NCBI GenBank assembly: GCA_951804945.1
Contig: OX638153.1
Span: 26,350,001-26,414,000 of the forward strand
Direction of reading: 5' to 3'
Length of the DNA: 64,000 nt
Source of the DNA: Podarcis cretensis
Taxonomy: Eukaryota
Part shown: in pieces, positions 25,097 through 37,532 of the stretch
Position numbering within the stretch: the stretch's first letter is position 1
How the letters are laid out: each line of letters starts with the position of its first letter
Made by a program: the position numbers and the translations under genes
The notes under the pieces: generated by a model
Seen by the model: only the letters and a program-made list of their open reading frames with translations
Told to the model about the DNA's origin: nothing
Databases searched by the model: none

Positions 25097-25257
25097 CTGA
25101 ACATTATCTCAGCAGCAGCAATTACATGGACTGCATCTCCTCGCTGACAGGAAGCAATGGCTGTAACTTGAACAGCCTATTTAAGGGATCTGACCTGCCT
25201 GAGCTGTTCAGCAAACTGGGTTTGGGCAAATACACAGACATATTCCAGCAACAAGAG
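25097..25257 (+). CDS. BICC1: BICC1 exon 19, start of SAM domain
   Basis: ttccag|CT GAA...CAA GAG|gtcagt; 161 nt; (T)EHYLSSSNYMDCISS...DLPELFSKLGLGKYTDIFQQQE. Confidence 0.97.
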
Positions 25258-25869
25258 GTCAGTGTCTGGAAAAGGCATTTTTTTGTTGTTGTTCCTGCTA
25301 GAGTGTTTTGATTACTTTCCAAACTAAATCTCTCAATTGCTACCATCTGCTGCGCTTTCATTTACTATTCTAGCTTCAAACCTCAAGTGTTTTCAAAGCA
25401 CTGTGCTGAGAGAAGCAACTCTGGTTTCCAGTGTTTGCAAGCATATGTGGACGCATGCTCTGTAGTGCATTGGCATCCAACTTGCTGTATGAGTGCTTCA
25501 TGAGTGGCTTGTGACACATCTACATAAGAGACAGGAGAGCCTCTGGCCCTGCTTGTTGTCATCAGGCCTTTGCCTCTACTGCAGCATAGTTTGCCTGCTT
25601 CCCAGTTCAACATACTAAAACATGGGTAGCTAACATGTTGGACTATAGGTCTCGTGATCCTGGAACACTGACCATGCTGACTATCAGTGATGGTTATTGA
25701 AAAATGTAAGCTTTTATCCCTGTGCATAGTTTGAACAAGGCACAGAATTCATCTTTCATTGGAGCAAAACTTTGATTGCCTGGACACAAATCTGGTATTT
25801 TGTTGCATGGCTTACACAAAAAATTGGCAAAGCCACTGGTCTCCTTTGAAAGGAAAGGCAGGATATATT

Positions 25870-26265
25870 TATGATGATGACGATTTATTTGTGTCCCACC
25901 CATCTGACTGGGTTGTCCCAGCCACTCTGGGCGGCTTCCAACATATATATAATAACATAATAAAACATCAAACCCTATACTGGACTGCCTTCAGATGTCT
26001 TCTAAAGGTTATATAGTTACTTATCTCCTTGACATCTGATGGGAGGGTGTTCCGCAGGGTGGCTGCCACTTCCGAAAAAGCCCTTCTACCTGGTTCCTGG
26101 TAGCTTCACTTCTCACAGTGAGGGAACTACCAGAAGGCCCTCTGTGCTTGATCTCAGTGTCCAGGTTGAACGATGGGGGTGGAGACGCTCCTTCAGGTAT
26201 ACAGGGCTGAGGGTGTTTAGGGCTTTTAAGGTCAGCACCAACACTTTGAATTGTACTCAGAAACT
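25870..26265 (-). mobile_element. L2/CR1-clade LINE 3' fragment, same family as 19935-20256
   Basis: Reverse-complement homology (cccagccactctgggcggcttcc; gacgctccttcaggta). Confidence 0.7.
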
Positions 26266-28446
26266 ATGATGTTATCAAGTGTACCCAGGAGTAGCAGTAC
26301 CTAATTCTGTGGGGATTGTCTTCTGCAAACTGAGTTACAAAAAGACTGGGCCACCTTCAGCTCAGGTACATTGGCCACACTCATATACCAAATTCTGCCT
26401 TACTAAAACCAGGATATTTGTGAGCTGCTTTACTCATGCTTTGCCCCTCCACTCCCTTCATGAAAGCAGGGGAACAAACTAGGAAGATGCAGTTAACCAT
26501 AGCTTCCTGTTACGTGCAAACTGAGAAACTGTCAATGGCTTCCATAGAAGCCTGGCTATGAAACCGTGACTTAAACTTGACATACAATTCTGGCTTGTTT
26601 GGAATCCATTAACCACAGTTCTCAGTTTGCACATAATAAACTATGGTTAACTGTGTATTTCTGGCTTGTTTCCCCATTCACACAAAATAAGTGAAGCAGG
26701 AGCCAAGGGACTGCATGTGAGCATCCAAATCTTGAGCCTCTCCTGGCTTGCTAAACTAGAATATAATTGTGCCATCTGTCTACCAGCCTGCCCTCATCTA
26801 CTCAATATTGCTACTGGCCTTCTTTCTTATTTTTGTAGTAGAGTCTTGCAAAGAGGTATGCCATCTGGTGGTATAGATCTGATGGCTTACCATCTGAAAA
26901 TTCTGAAATTCACATGTCTTTGAGAATACACACGTATGTGTGCTCAGGATGCTGGATATGTGAATGCCCTTGAAAACTTGCTTTTCACCCTGTCGTTATT
27001 TACACGAACAATTCAGCAGCACATAACACTGTCAGATCATTTCTTAGGCACCAATGTGTTAGCTCCCAAGATTGAGACTGTAGCTGCTTTCCTCTTCCCA
27101 GGCTTTTTAGCTTGGTGCAGCACAGCAGCTAACTTGGCATTTTGGAAACTGGGCTCATGGTTAGGGATTTGCATTCTTAACTACTACCTGTAACCACAGA
27201 ACAAAGCTTGCTTTACAAATCCTGGTTAAAAAGGAGAAGTCTTAACTGTGATCCCAGGCAACACACTAAGCCAAGCTACTGTGCTGCACTAATCAAAGAA
27301 GCCCATCAGGAAGCAAAGAGGATGCCTGTTCCTCTCCAGGAGCCAGCATGTTCACATGGACACTGTAAGTTTTACCCTGACTTACTGTGCTCTGAGAACC
27401 AGGCCATTGTTTTGTTTTGTTTTTCTAGGACAGGCATTTGTAATGCATGTAAGACAGAATTTGGGTAAGCAGAGATTTCACATCCTCATTAACAAACTAG
27501 AATTGAGCAAGAGTTCATTTAAAGCTTGCATCGAAACTCCTGTAAAACAGACAGTGCATTATTTAGTTACAGAAATCAGCCACAGATACATTGCCATCTT
27601 AAAGATTTAGCATTGCATTAAAGGAGATTTCTGTAAGGACCCTATGAAATTGGATGGACAAATCCATCCAGTCCAGCAGCACCATGGCTGATCAGCAGGT
27701 AGGCTTGAACTGAGACAGAGTGTTTCCTTGCCCATCTTGTTGGTTTATTTTCTCAATCTAGGAATGTACGGATAGGGTAGAAAGGGTGTTGAGGTCGTTC
27801 AGCTCTTAGCCCATTTCTCATTAAGGTCTTGACCTACACACATTTCTAATAGTACTGTTCCCATCTCCTCTGTGGTTGCTCCCATGATGCTAGAACAGAG
27901 GGTAGCCATTGTGGTTCCTTCCAGATGTTTTGCACCACCACTCCTATCGACCATAGCCAATATGGTCAATGATCAGGAATGACTGGATTTGTGGTCCACA
28001 ACATCTGGAGCGCACCATGTTTGCTTCCCTGCACTAGACGTAAACAGAAACTGATCCACTTGCATAGTGGTTATAGCACACAAACAGTGTTTAGGCACTA
28101 TGGGTACATATTAAAGCACCCTTTACACCTGCTTCTCTGTGAAGAAAAACTGTGGCAATGGGGCATTTCCATAATCTTTTCTTCTTCATGGTTTTAAATC
28201 ATACTTCCATTATATATGTGTAATTACCTAGGAGTGAGTTCTATTGGACTTGATGGGGTTAACTTCTGAGTAGGCACAACATAGGATTACCCTATGCTGC
28301 TCTTGCTCAGTTTTCTCTTTGGATAATAAAAATAAAGTTCTTCAGGGAAGTTATCTATACCAGTCCCTTTAGTATGCATTTTGAATCTTTACTGTGAGAC
28401 TTCTGTATCTTGAATTACTAGGGTATACATTTTGTATTTTCTCCAG

Positions 28447-28546
28447 ATTGATCTTCAGACGTTCCTCACTCTCACAGATCAGGATCTGAAAGAGCTCGGA
28501 ATTACGACTTTTGGTGCACGAAGGAAAATGCTGCTTGCAATTTCAG
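28447..28546 (+). CDS. BICC1: BICC1 exon 20, SAM domain core
   Basis: ctccag|ATT GAT...TCA G|gtaaac; 100 nt; [33 protein letters not shown]. Confidence 0.97.
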
Positions 28547-28773
28547 GTAAACAAAAATGCAGTTTGTGCATATAAGAGCCCTTTGTTTTTCCTGTCTTCC
28601 TTGCTTGCTTGAGTTGTTACATCTCAAGAATACATTTCACCCTCCCTGATGTGTAGGGATTTGATCTGCATTTGTTTACCAAACAAAACTTTTTAAAATT
28701 AATCCCTATTTAGCTGCTATTTTTTAATGAGCCCTTTACTTTTCTTCCCCGTCCCCTCCCCTCCTATGCACAG

Positions 28774-28904
28774 AACTGAATAAAAACCGAAGAAAACTGT
28801 TTGACCCCTCCAATGTCCGTGCCTCGTTCCTGGAAGGCGGCGCTAGTGGAAGACTGCCGCGTCAGTTTCATTCGGACATTGCTAGTGTGAGCGGCCGCTG
28901 GTAG
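28774..28904 (+). CDS. BICC1: BICC1 terminal coding exon 21
   Basis: gcacag|AA CTG...TGG TAG; 131 nt; (E)LNKNRRKLFDPSNVRASFLEGGASGRLPRQFHSDIASVSGRW*. Confidence 0.97.
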
Positions 28905-31540
28905 CAGTAAGTCGAGGCTCTCACAGTTGACTGCACAAATGGACATGGCAATCCTGTGGACAGCCATCACTGCACACAACCCCCTGCACTTTGGGAATTT
29001 AGGTACCAAGGACCAAAGCCTTCTGCACAAATACCTGTGCCAAAAAAGGAAGAGAACACTTGTCTCTTTCTGAACACCAAATGTGGATTATGTTTTACTC
29101 ATGTAGATTGGACAGAATTTGCAATAATGATAATATAGGGTTCTTTGTTTAGTATTTTATTACTTATAATAACTATATTGTATGCACTGAAATTTTTTTT
29201 TTACTTATTTGAATGGAGAGTGAAGGGCTGGGATGCCAGAGGGGCATAGCATGTGGTTTTTATCAAGAAGGTATTTCTGGTACTGCTTAATGATTAATTG
29301 AGGTCTTTCTGCACTTTACGTGTTCTGATTGCTTGTCCTGTGGAAATTTTATTGTTTTCCTCTTCAATTTCCATGGGGAAAAAATATTGTATTGGCACTT
29401 ATCAACATTTGTCAGGTATGTTCCCACATTAGATGAAATTCTTTTGCCATAAATCATACAAGCAAATCAAATTTTGGTTATTTCCCCCCTTTAAACAACT
29501 GTAGAGAAGTCGTCAACAATCAGGTCTCTTAGCGTTGGACTCAACCTTCTTTTCGCTTTCGGGAGGCATTCGAAGAATCCTTACAGTTAAGCTTGTGCAC
29601 TGTAAAAGATGCAATGAAAGACCAAAATGAACCTTATTGCCATCAGTTATCCCTATTTAGCTGTTACCTGTAATGCTAAAACTGATTTTAATGGTCGTCT
29701 CAAAGCAAAGGACTATTTTAGTATATACTGCCACTAAAGGACACTTTATTTATAGGAAACGTCTTATTTTTTTAGAATCTGTACACTTTACAGTGCATAA
29801 GAAATTAAACGGATCTCCTAAAAAGTTTTTGGTAGAGGATGGAAGGCAGTTCATCATGCCAGAACTCTGGGCAATTGTTCATTTAAGGAGAGCATTAATT
29901 TCATTTGACAAGACAGCACTGTTGCATTTATTTCAAGAATATTGCTTACATTGACTCTTCATTCAGCAATAGATCAACATAAATCAAATAGCTGCAATGA
30001 CATCTGTTTTATTGGTTGATTTAAGTTTGTGATTGTCAGCTATGGAGTTTTGAGATGAGCTATTTCCAAAAATCCATACTGACTGTCACCAGAAAGAGTC
30101 TGTGTTGTGCATGGATAGAGCTAACAGTTGTGTTCTTATACTGTGAAAGGTCAAGAAATCTGGTTATACTATTTCTGTCTTTTTGCAAATGACTAGTTAT
30201 AAATTTATGAAGTGAAGGATAGGATGAAGTGCCTCTCGGCAATGCAATACGATGTTTCCAAACATGAATTTATCGAAATAAGAAAAACATTCCCATAGAA
30301 AAAATTGTGAACTTACTTGTACTGTAATTTCTTATTTATGTACAATGTACAAACCCTTTAAAGTGGTTGCAAACCACTCTTAACGAAGGCATTAGATTTA
30401 ACCAATTACCGTAGCTGTTTTTTTATATATGCAAAACAGGGGTGAGAAATAGTTTTGACACTTTCTGTGGATAATGGTTTTCTACGGCAGAGAAAAACAC
30501 ACAAACACACACAAAGGAAACCTTTAATGGTAGATAACGCAGTTGTAATCTGCTACCCACCGGCATTCGTTCTAACCATCTCCAGTGATGGCTATATAGC
30601 TAATCAGCCTCTCACTGCAACTCAGATAGCTGCTGATCTTTCTCCAGTGTTTGAAAAAGCACGGGCCAGATTAGTGCATGCTCAACTGTAGTTGCCTTTT
30701 TCTGTGTGTTGCCTTATGTATTATCCTGGAAATCAGCTAGTCCTGCCTCAAAACTTAACACATACTTCTGTTCACACTGTAATATAGAGATCCTGATACT
30801 TAAAAGAAACTACCTTCTTAATCATGAATATGCCCTTTGGTATGAGTCTCCTCGTGTGTAGAATTAAGCACTTAGTAGTTCAGGAATTTGGCTTGTCCAT
30901 GGAAATGATTTTACCAAAATTTAAAACTAACTTGGTTTAATCTGTGCCAGAGTTAATTCAGACTAGGATGAGCACCTATCTGCCAGTCTCTTTCGGCTGC
31001 CATTGCACCCTCCCATCACCCGCCTTATTAGGCATTCGTCCCCCCACAGATCTGTGCATATTTTTTCCAGTTTGTACTTAAATGCCATGCGTGTTATGAC
31101 AGTATTATACCTGGAAGATGCAATTAAGCTGCTGTGGTCTATGCTGAAGTGAAGATTTTCCCAGATATAAGAACAATAGGGCTGCACACTCACAATACAT
31201 ACACACAAATTCCACACTGGAAGAACAACTTTCTCACTCCTTTTGATTCCACAAAAGGGATATATGGCAATGCAATGTTCAGTATTGTCAATATTGTATT
31301 ATGCACAAAAAGATATTGAAACGTTAGTTTTAAATTTTGTGCCTTTATAGCGACCAGTTATCTGTAAATATAGAGCAGATACAGATTGTATTTTGGGAGG
31401 GAAGGGGTCCTTTTTAGTGAACTTTTTTTTAAAGAATAAATAAATGAAAGATGGAATTAAACGTTCAAAAATGGGAATTTTCCAAACTAATCAAATGTTA
31501 CATGAAAGAATAAATTTATATAACCCCTTTGTTACACTGC
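28905..31540 (+). other. BICC1: BICC1 3'UTR (~2.6 kb; end approximate)
   Basis: AU-rich stretch with no recognisable repeats after the stop; contains miRNA seed matches and a Pumilio element; ends in clustered AATAAA signals. Confidence 0.7.
31435..31514 (+). terminator. Candidate BICC1 polyadenylation signals
   Basis: Overlapping AATAAA at 31435-31444 and AATAAA at 31509-31514, followed by GT/T-rich sequence (tgtagtctgtcgtctttt). Confidence 0.65.
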
Positions 31541-32928
31541 CTATGAAATGTAGTCTGTCGTCTTTTACACAGATTTATTCCAGAGGTGATTTCGTGTTCT
31601 CTTAACATGGAATGGTTGCTCCCAAAGTCAGAGCAAATACATGCTTGTTATCTTCTCTATAATGCTAGGCCCTGTGAGGACTAACCTAAACTGAGTATTG
31701 TTAACAGGCACAGTTACTAAAGAATGCTGATCATGCTTCTGAAGTGAAGGGGCACATCATGTGAGTAATAGTCACCTCATCCTTTGTTTTCTTTACAGTT
31801 TGCGGGGAAAAGGTTGCAAATGCAGATTGCCTAAGAGTTACTGGCCCTTACGGGTGCAATCTATATGTTCAGAAACTGTGTGTGGTACACACTGAGAACA
31901 CAGTGCTTCAGAGTGCTGTTCGAGGGATCACATGGTCCAAATGCACCCTGTCCCCCCTGTCAATTATTCCGTTGCCATGGGAGCAGAGTTCAAACCCGTC
32001 TCAGACCCAGTGGCCTAACTTTCAGTAGGCAACCTTTGAAATGGGGAAGCATTCAAGTTTAATATCCACTACTAAGGCCCATAACCAGAGATTTTATGCT
32101 GAGGAGTGGGTCTACGGATGCTTTTGATATGATGCGAAACAGCCAAGTCTGTTTGTAACATTATGTTTGATGTTTAGAGTTATTGAATAAAAATATTGTT
32201 TTTAATCAAATTAAAATGCAAGTTTATGTGTACCCAGTGATTTGAAGCTCCTTGTTTCTTGCTGAGCAATTTATTCTTATTTTTTAAGCACTTGCATTGT
32301 TTTTCTTGTTATTTCCACAAGAAAAAGGGCTAGAGACTTTGAGGCTGTTTTAGCCAGAGAAAAACATGGGCAAACTTGCCCATGCTTATCTCAAGCAGCT
32401 TTTTATTATGGAGCATAAACATTTCCCCTAAAAAAAAATGCATTGGGAACCGTAGTCACACATAGAGTTCTCCACATTTGTCCTTGTGGCTTTCTGTAGT
32501 TGTGATGGATCCTCTCCTTGTGTCTTCCAGCCCAGCTCCCCTTCTGCAGTCATGGGATGGCAAGAGCTTCAACTTGCAATAAAAGCATTATAAAACAGTC
32601 TCCTTATGACTGCATATGTATCCCTCTTAAGGGTCAGTTTTCATTTTACCACAGTGGTATGGAAACCATTTCCTCTTGCTGTGCTCTGGTAGAACCACAT
32701 TGGCCAGGCTGATTTGCATGATTTCACCCCATATTGTCTGTCTTTTAAGTCGCATCATTGATTTTACCCATATGGTGTCTTCACACATACATTTCTGGAA
32801 CAGGCTACGGCTGCATTAAGAGGAAGAGGCTCCCACAGCACTGCAAATGAATCAGCCTTTGAGAAGTACTGCATTATAAAGAAAATACTGGATCCAGTGA
32901 AGCTAATACGTTCTGTAACAATCAACTA

Positions 32929-33143
32929 CAGTGGTACCTTGGGTTACGGACACTTCAGGTTACAGACTCCGCTAACCCAGAAATAGTACCTCAGGTTAAG
33001 AACTTTGCTTCAGGATGAGAACAGAAATCGTGCAGCGGCAGTGGGAGACCCCATTAGCTAAAGTGGTAGCTCAGGTTAAGAACAGTTTCAGGTTAAGAAC
33101 CGACCTCCAGAACGAATTAAGTTCTTAACCCGAGGTACCACTG
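32929..33143. mobile_element. Tc1/mariner (pogo/Tigger-like) MITE, copy 1
   Basis: TIR cagtggtacct(t/c)gggtta...taacccgaggtaccactg flanked by TA...TA. Confidence 0.88.
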
Positions 33144-35291
33144 TATCTCAGCTTAGAGCTGATGCTTCTGTCTTCATACTTGGAGACTTCAAGCCTACAC
33201 TATGCACAGAGTCTTCTTAACACGCACTGTTTCCATTGTCTTATGGAGCTCACTCTGTGGTCTCTTGCTTAGAAATTATTGCTAGAGAAATGTTTTGGCT
33301 CTCTTGAGAAATTAGGATGTCGTGATTTGTGCACATTTGCACTGATGCATTTTTATGAAACACCAATGTTTTCCAACGTTCCGTGTGAGATAATCTGCTT
33401 TGGATATTCTTGGCCCTCTTGCTGATTAGCTTTCTCTCCCTCGGCAAGGATGGTTTTGTGCAGCTATTTTTTTAAGCTGAACTGCTTGGAGCTTTCTGCA
33501 TAATGTTTTAGGCTTTGAGAATCCTAACAAGTGCATACTATATGTTCAAACATCAAAGCAAACTCTTGAAATAAGTTGAAAGGGGTGTACTTGCATCCTG
33601 CTTGGTGGAACTGTAACCAGTTTGCCAACTGTTCCTGACCATCTTGTAAATCGGAGTACTAACCAGAAAAAAATTATAGAAATAAATTTAAAATCCTTAA
33701 AAGTTGGATTAAAAAGGGACGTAAAACCTGCAGTGAAGAATAAGCAGGTGCACATAGGTTTGTGAGTGAACCTGTCTTCATTTTCGTTGACTTCTCAAGC
33801 TGCTTTTTCTGAGGTAGTTTCAGAACAGCACAGAATTGCGAATGTCAGTAGCACTTGCTCTCTGAAAAGGAAGGAACTTGACAGTACAGGAACAAAGGGA
33901 ACTCACATCACGATGGTGGATTTCAGTAGTTAACAGATAATGTTCTGTGGAGAGCAAAATGCATAGGTAAAGGGGAACTGCCAAGGTACAGTGAAGCTCT
34001 TAAAAAGTTATCAGTGGTAGTTGCCCCAAAAGTGCTGCAGGCAACATGAAAACTAAATAAAAGGAACTTCATTGGAAGAAAATACAATGAAGAATGGGCC
34101 TCACAGGGTGGGTATAGAAGAACAAGGAGGTCCAAATTGGGAATAGACTAGAAATAAATTACAGCTGTAGCAAGGGATGGCAGAACACTTCAGAGGTGAT
34201 ATTATGCTAAAAGCAAGAGTAGTGAAATAGTTATTGTGGAAGAATAGTGAAATAGATATTGTGGAATCATTGCTCTTTTTGCTAAGAAGTGAAGGTTTTG
34301 AAGGCTTGGAAGGAACTCTTCAAAAAGATTCACCCTGAGTCCATTCTTGCATCCCACAGCGATGGGGCTTCCATTAGAATCTTTACTGCAAAGGTTAATA
34401 CAGGGGTGAGAAACTAACTCCCAACATTCCCAGCCATTGGGAGTTGTAGTCCAGCAATGTCTGGGGGGACCACGTTCCCCATCTCTGCCTTAATAGCAAG
34501 GCTTTGAATGTCTCCCCACTATACACACACACACACACCCTAAATGAAGTTAATGGAAAGCTCTTGGAGGCAAGGAAATTTTATGTGCTAACCAAGAGTT
34601 CAAAACACAAAGTAAAAGGTAAACAAAAACACATCAATCACTGTCAGGCTGTTGTGCTTTGTATATGCTTATCAAAGTTACATCATGGAAACAGAAAAAT
34701 GCCAGGAGGTCTTAAATGTTCTCAGGAGCAACCAGGTGGAAGGAGGTCTTACTGATGAGGCTGAGGCAGCTGACAAAGGCCATCACATGAGCCAGCTCTG
34801 TCATTTTGTCTCTCTTCACCAGGGGAGACTTTAAGAAAACACAGAACTGGCAACAGGGGGAAAAGGCAAGGAGGGCTGGCACTGGAGCCAGCCATTGTGA
34901 ACTCAGAATGAGCTTTGGTTTGGGACCAGCTCATAATGGCCTCTTTTCCAAACTGGGGTAGCTGGTTTCTCCTCCTTGAATTCCACGTTTCATGTCATTT
35001 TTACCATACAGCCATAACAAGAAAGATCTGAGGTCATTCAAATCCATCTACACATTTTGGGATCATTCACAAACAACGACATTGCTTTTTCCAGCATCCT
35101 CAAGGAACACTAATGAAAATGCAGCTTCTTAAAGCTTTTTGTCGAAATGAACTGAGGCCCTTGGTTTAATTTTTGGCTTCAATTTGGAAGAAGGGCAGTT
35201 TCTTGGATGCAATAACAGTGACGTTTTAGAATGAAATTTGGAACAATACATTCCGGATACAATTCTGCTTTACGTGGGTACCACACCAATC

Positions 35292-35635
35292 GGGATGCGG
35301 GTGGCGCTGTGGGTTAAACCACAGAGCCTAGGACTTGCCGATCAGAAGGTCGGCGGTTCAAATCCCTGCGACGGGGTGAGCTCCCGTTGCTCAGTCCCTG
35401 CTCCTGCCAACCTAGCAGTTTGAAAGCACATCAAAGCGCGAGTAGATAAATAGGTACCGCTCCGGTGGGAAGGTAAACGGCATTTCTGTGCACTGCTCTG
35501 GTTCGCCAGAAGCGGCTTAGTCATGTTGGCCACATGACCCGGAAGCTGTACGCCGGCTCCCTCGGCCAATAAAGCGAGATGAGCGCTGCAACCCCAGAGT
35601 CAGTCACGACTGGACCTAATGGTCAGGGGTCCCTT
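35292..35635 (+). mobile_element. Sauria SINE (subfamily A)
   Basis: Homologous to 9487-9840; 13-bp TSD taccacaccaatc (35279-35291 / 35636-35648). Confidence 0.92.
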
Positions 35636-37036
35636 TACCACACCAATCACATGCCCACTTTCAAGTAGGGGTGTGTGAGGGAGACAAGAGAGATACTGCA
35701 ATGTAAGATCATGCTTTTAAATAATGGGAAGGAATTCAGTAGATCTTCAGAGCACAATTCTTTCCAACAGCCCTGGGAAAGGCTACACCCAATGTGAATA
35801 ATTTCTAGAAATGTTATTTCCCGAATACCTCATGGTCAAACTGCATATATTTCAAACATGCTTTTGGTTTCGGGAACTGAAACAATTTCACAACATAAGA
35901 TGTGGAGCTTTTTAGCGTTACTCTGTGGAGTTGCCTGTGTTAGCAGTCCTCTTTCTCATGACTGGGGCCTGAAAACACTGACTTGGCAGAGATGTTAAAC
36001 GGTCCCAGGCGATATTTAGGCAAAGCTTGAATAAATTGTGATGGAAATTGCTCAGTGTGCGCCAAGGGCTGTTGCAACCTCCAAGAAACTCGCAGATGGA
36101 AAAGACGGAAAATAATCGAATGAAACTGTTTTGTACTAGTAAAGAGCTTCAGAGGCCTCATTTGCTCCTTGCCCTTTGGATAACGGGCACAGAGTTTCAA
36201 GCTGAGGATTAACATGAAATGATGTACACTGTCCTAAATATTCATACAAACTTTCATTCCATTGGGTTCATTGTCTCCGGCTTCGAGCACACCAGATCAC
36301 ATCGTGTTTTCTTTTACATCCTTCCTGTTCTCAAACACAGGTGCTAAGTTTGAGCTGGGGTCTGTCCTTGAAGTGTAGAAGACATTTTATACCAAGCTCT
36401 TGGTTTTCAGCGACGACGTCACTTTCCATTGTGTGTTGTGACTTTCCTGTCTCCCTGGAAAATAGGAGCTGGGGCTCATCTTTGAAAGTGCAGCCTGCTC
36501 TCATGAACATGCACTCCCACTTCCATTCTGCCATCTGGAAGTTTGAAGGAGATCTTGCATTTGTTTGTGCGTTGCATTTCCCCTTCATCTGGGTGGCCTT
36601 TGTCACAGGGTGATGGTGCAGAAACAATAGGGGCACGGGAGCCATGCATCCTGCCTTGAGCTCCTTGGAAGAAGAGGGGGATTAAAAATGGGCAAATAAC
36701 AAATATGGGTGCTTGAGCAATTCCAGAGCAGGTGCCTGCTGTGCCAAACCCTGCCACTCTTGGTAGCTCCTCTTCTTCCTTGCAAAGGACCAAGGGGGCT
36801 GCTCTCCTTACCTGTGCAAAGTGCCTGAAGGAGCCTTTTTTCTTTAAATGCTGTGTAGTTAAAATGTCCAGCAAGTATGGCATTCTCATGTCATCTTCCT
36901 GTTCAGCATCACTTCCTGGGATGCCCATGTGGACTCCACAACATCTCAAGAAGTGTCAACAGAACAGCAGCCAGCATGCCGAGAGTTTTGTACTGTTGCA
37001 GATGTGTGGCTAGCTAGACTTTTATTTGTAAGCCAG

Positions 37037-37532
37037 TGTCCGGCTTCAGGGAAGCATCTTCCTCCCTCCCTTTGGCCGTGGATAAGCAGAACAAAGCAAA
37101 AATAGTTTCTTACCATTTGAAGAGATTTTAATGATCACAGTGAAAAAACAAAGAGTCCATTCTCAGAATAAAGGTGCTCCCAATTAAGGTTTACACCCAC
37201 TTTCCCCCCTGAGTCATCACCTCGTTTTGTAACCTGATCTTGCAACCACTGTTCCTTCTGTGCAGCTGCCTTATCTAATCTCCATGACCTTGGACTGATC
37301 AGCTGGATGGTTTCCAGTGAACCGGAGTTTGTTAACGGTTCATTTTTCTCCTAGCTCTTCGCCACCCACTTCTTCCCAACTTTTGTCTTCTGAAGTATGC
37401 CCCTCTGCAAACCACTGTTCCAAATCTATCATGTCATACTGCTCCCGGGAAGATTCAGGATCATGATCAGGAGCAGGGGGTGGTTCCCACCATTCCTCAT
37501 CTGTGCAGTCCTCTTCAGCATGGTCCCTGACA
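37037..37532 (-). mobile_element. Solo LTR (496 bp; 5-bp TSD, Gypsy-like by inference)
   Basis: TGTC...GACA termini flanked by perfect GCCAG duplication (37032-37036 / 37533-37537); ATTAAA near the 3' end on the minus strand suggests orientation. Confidence 0.75.

Noticed and set aside
28547-28773. Possible equivalent of the alternatively spliced penultimate exon known from mouse Bicc1
   Set aside because: The 227-nt intron has a second pyrimidine tract but no convincing internal acceptor/donor pair.
28779-28784. AATAAA inside the last coding exon
   Set aside because: Encodes the conserved Asn-Lys; cleavage here would give a non-stop mRNA and nothing else supports it.
28902-28910. Stop context TAG CAG TAA resembling a read-through motif
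   Set aside because: Does not match UAG-CAR-YYA, and read-through would add only two residues before TAA.
34220-34266. Short local tandem duplications (also ~43731-43762 and ~45793-45856) superficially like repeat-spacer arrays
   Set aside because: Only two units each, consistent with ordinary slippage duplications; no CRISPR-like or satellite array anywhere in the window.
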